From assembly GCA_963841735.1 (NCBI GenBank), contig CAWJDT010000001.1:96001-160000 (forward strand): DNA of 64,000 bases, in the 5' to 3' direction. Below, piece after piece: positions 62,004 through 64,000 of the stretch (position 1 is the stretch's first letter; each line of letters opens with the position of its first letter). Below the pieces are notes generated by a model, which was given only the letters and a program-made list of their open reading frames with translations, ran no database searches and was not told the DNA's origin. Made by a program: the position numbers and the translations under genes. The DNA comes from an uncultured Actinomycetes bacterium (GTDB lineage Bacteria > Actinomycetota > Thermoleophilia > RBG-16-64-13).

Positions 62004-64000
62004 CTAGGACAGGGGGTTGCGGTCGCGCCGGTGAGCCGCGTACCATTCCATTCTATCGAGAGCCCGAGCCGCTGCCTGCGGCGAAGATAACACTATCGGG
62101 CTGTAGAGCTTTCCGTAGTCGAACACCGAGCCGCGTATGGATGAATCGGGCACGTTGATGATGGGCTTGCCCGTCGATTCCATGAGTTCTGCCACAAACG
62201 CAAGGAGCGAGTCCTCCCAGGCGCTCAGGCCCAGGAACTCGCCGTCGGCGCTCACCTTGCGCTCCCCGGTGCCACTGGTGGGAACACCAAGTAGCGAGAG
62301 GGCGATGACGGCGTCCACCTCATCGCATTCCGCCACGGCTTTGAGCACCCGCGAAGCCACAGCGCCGCCGGCGGAGGCAACCAGATCCAGCGGATTCTGC
62401 CTGCTCCAGAACGGGGGAAGGATCTCATCAAAACTTGCGAAGAGCTCAGGCGGCAGCTCGGCCAGGGTAAGCCCGTTGCGAGCCACTTCGTCGGCCGCCA
62501 TCACGCCTGCTCCGCCACCTTGAGTGACCACCGCGATGCGTCTTCCTTTTGGCAAAGGCAGGTAGGCCAGGCTTGTGCCAAGATCGACCACGTCCTGCAG
62601 TGTCGTGCAGGCCACTACTCCCGCCTGCCGGGCCGCCGCCTCCCACACGGCGGCAGAACCGGCCATTGCGCCGGTGTGTGACGCCGCCGCCTTGCTGCCG
62701 TACTCGGTCAGGCCCGTACGCAGCACCACCACCGGCTTGACGGCCGTGGTGCGGCGGGCGACGTCGACGAAGCGCCGTCCGTCGTCGATGCCTTCGATGT
62801 ACATCATGACGCAGGTGGTGTGGGGGTCGTCACGCAGATAGTCAAGAACTTCCACCGCGCCTATCTGGGCCTCGTTGCCCACGCTGGCGAATTTGTCGAG
62901 GCCGATGCCGCGGCGCTGGCAGACAAGGGTGGTCATGACTCCGATGTTGCCCGACTGCGAGACGAAGCTGAGCTTGCCCTTGGGCGGATGGAGTCTCCAC
63001 AAAGCCGACGGCGTGCAGGCTCACCTCATTGGAGATCATGCCCATGCAGTTGGGCCCCATCAGGGTGACCCCGCCCTCGCTCGCGATGCGGGCAATCTCG
63101 CGCTGGGCTTCGGCGCCCGACTCCCCGGTCTCGGCAAAGCCGGCGGCTATGGCGATAGCGGCCCCGATGCCCTTGCGACCGCACTCTTCCAGCATGGGAG
63201 CCACCTGATGGCCGCCCACGGCCAGAAGAGCGAGATCTGGAGTCTCAGGCAAGTCGGTGATGCTCGGGTAGGACTGAAGCCCGAAGAACTCGCCGCCCTT
63301 GGGATTGACCGGATAGATGGTGCCGGCGTAGCCGCCGTCGAGGATGCTCTTGAGGGCCGACCCGCCCCATTTGCCGATGTCGCCCGACGCACCCACCACC
63401 GCCATAGACCGGGGCGCCAGCAGCGCTTTCAGGTTCGGCACAAACGAGCTCCGCTCCGGCAGCTTCGCGGGCTCAGCCGAAAGGATGATGAGCGCATCGG
63501 CGGCTACCGGCCGGTCGCCCTGCACCAGCACCGGGTTCACGTCGATCTCGACGATCTGGGGATTGTCGAGCGCCATCTGCCCGATTGTCTGGATCACCTT
63601 GGCGAGCGCGTCTCTGTCCACAGCGGGATAGCCTCGAAATGGGCCCAGTAGCTTATTGGCCCTGATCAGGCCTGGCAACTCAGCTGCGCCTCCCGATCGT
63701 CGATGGGAGCAAGAGCCAGAACCACGTCGCCCAAAGCCTCCGTCAGCACGCCGCCCAACCCAAACGCCACCACGGGCCCGAACACGGGGTCGCGCTTCAT
63801 GCCCACCATGAGTTCCCGGTTGCCCGCGATCATCTGCTCCACAAGCACGGCCTCGAGTGCGCCCCCCGCTCGCTGCTGTAGCAGGCCATAGGTCTCGGCC
63901 ACTGCTTCAGGCCCCTCCACCCCCAAGACCACCAGCCCTGCTTCGGTCTTGTGGTGGATCTCGGCGCCGATGCCCTTCATGACCACCTTGCCGCCGATGC
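62004..64000 (-). CDS. ADP-forming acyl/aryl-CoA ligase, ATP-grasp (beta) domain preceding CoA-binding (alpha) domains; 5' truncated, indels near 63670 and 63000
   Basis: HKTEAG, DPVFGP, EIDVNP, then AVVGAS, GPNCMG, SQSG, AASHTGA, NPLDL. Confidence 0.9.

Overview
High-GC bacterial window, most likely an anaerobic actinobacterium. The RpoC insert '[22 protein letters not shown]' looks Thermoleophilia-like; this is pattern recognition, not a database result. Bases 1.8-34.9 kb are an unbroken minus-strand housekeeping supercluster: 4 tRNAs, rpmG, secE-nusG-rplKAJL, rpoBC, str, S10, spc and alpha operons, and truA. Its most unusual feature is an RNA polymerase alpha-CTD-like domain fused to the C-terminus of RpoC. 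Bases 35-64 kb, plus the first 654 nt, form an anaerobic aromatic/polyphenol catabolic region. It holds three pyrogallol-transhydroxylase-family Mo enzymes, a membrane-anchored DMSO-reductase-family Mo complex, and an HAD-BKACE-SDR operon that matches the phloroglucinol degradation route. It also holds a thiolase, IorAB, an ADP-forming acyl-CoA ligase, an MFS transporter, LarA and two paralogous IclR regulators. Two of the Mo operons share a 65-bp promoter/operator element. Many genes, including essential rpoB and rplJ, are split by single-base indels that look like long-read consensus errors rather than true pseudogenisation.
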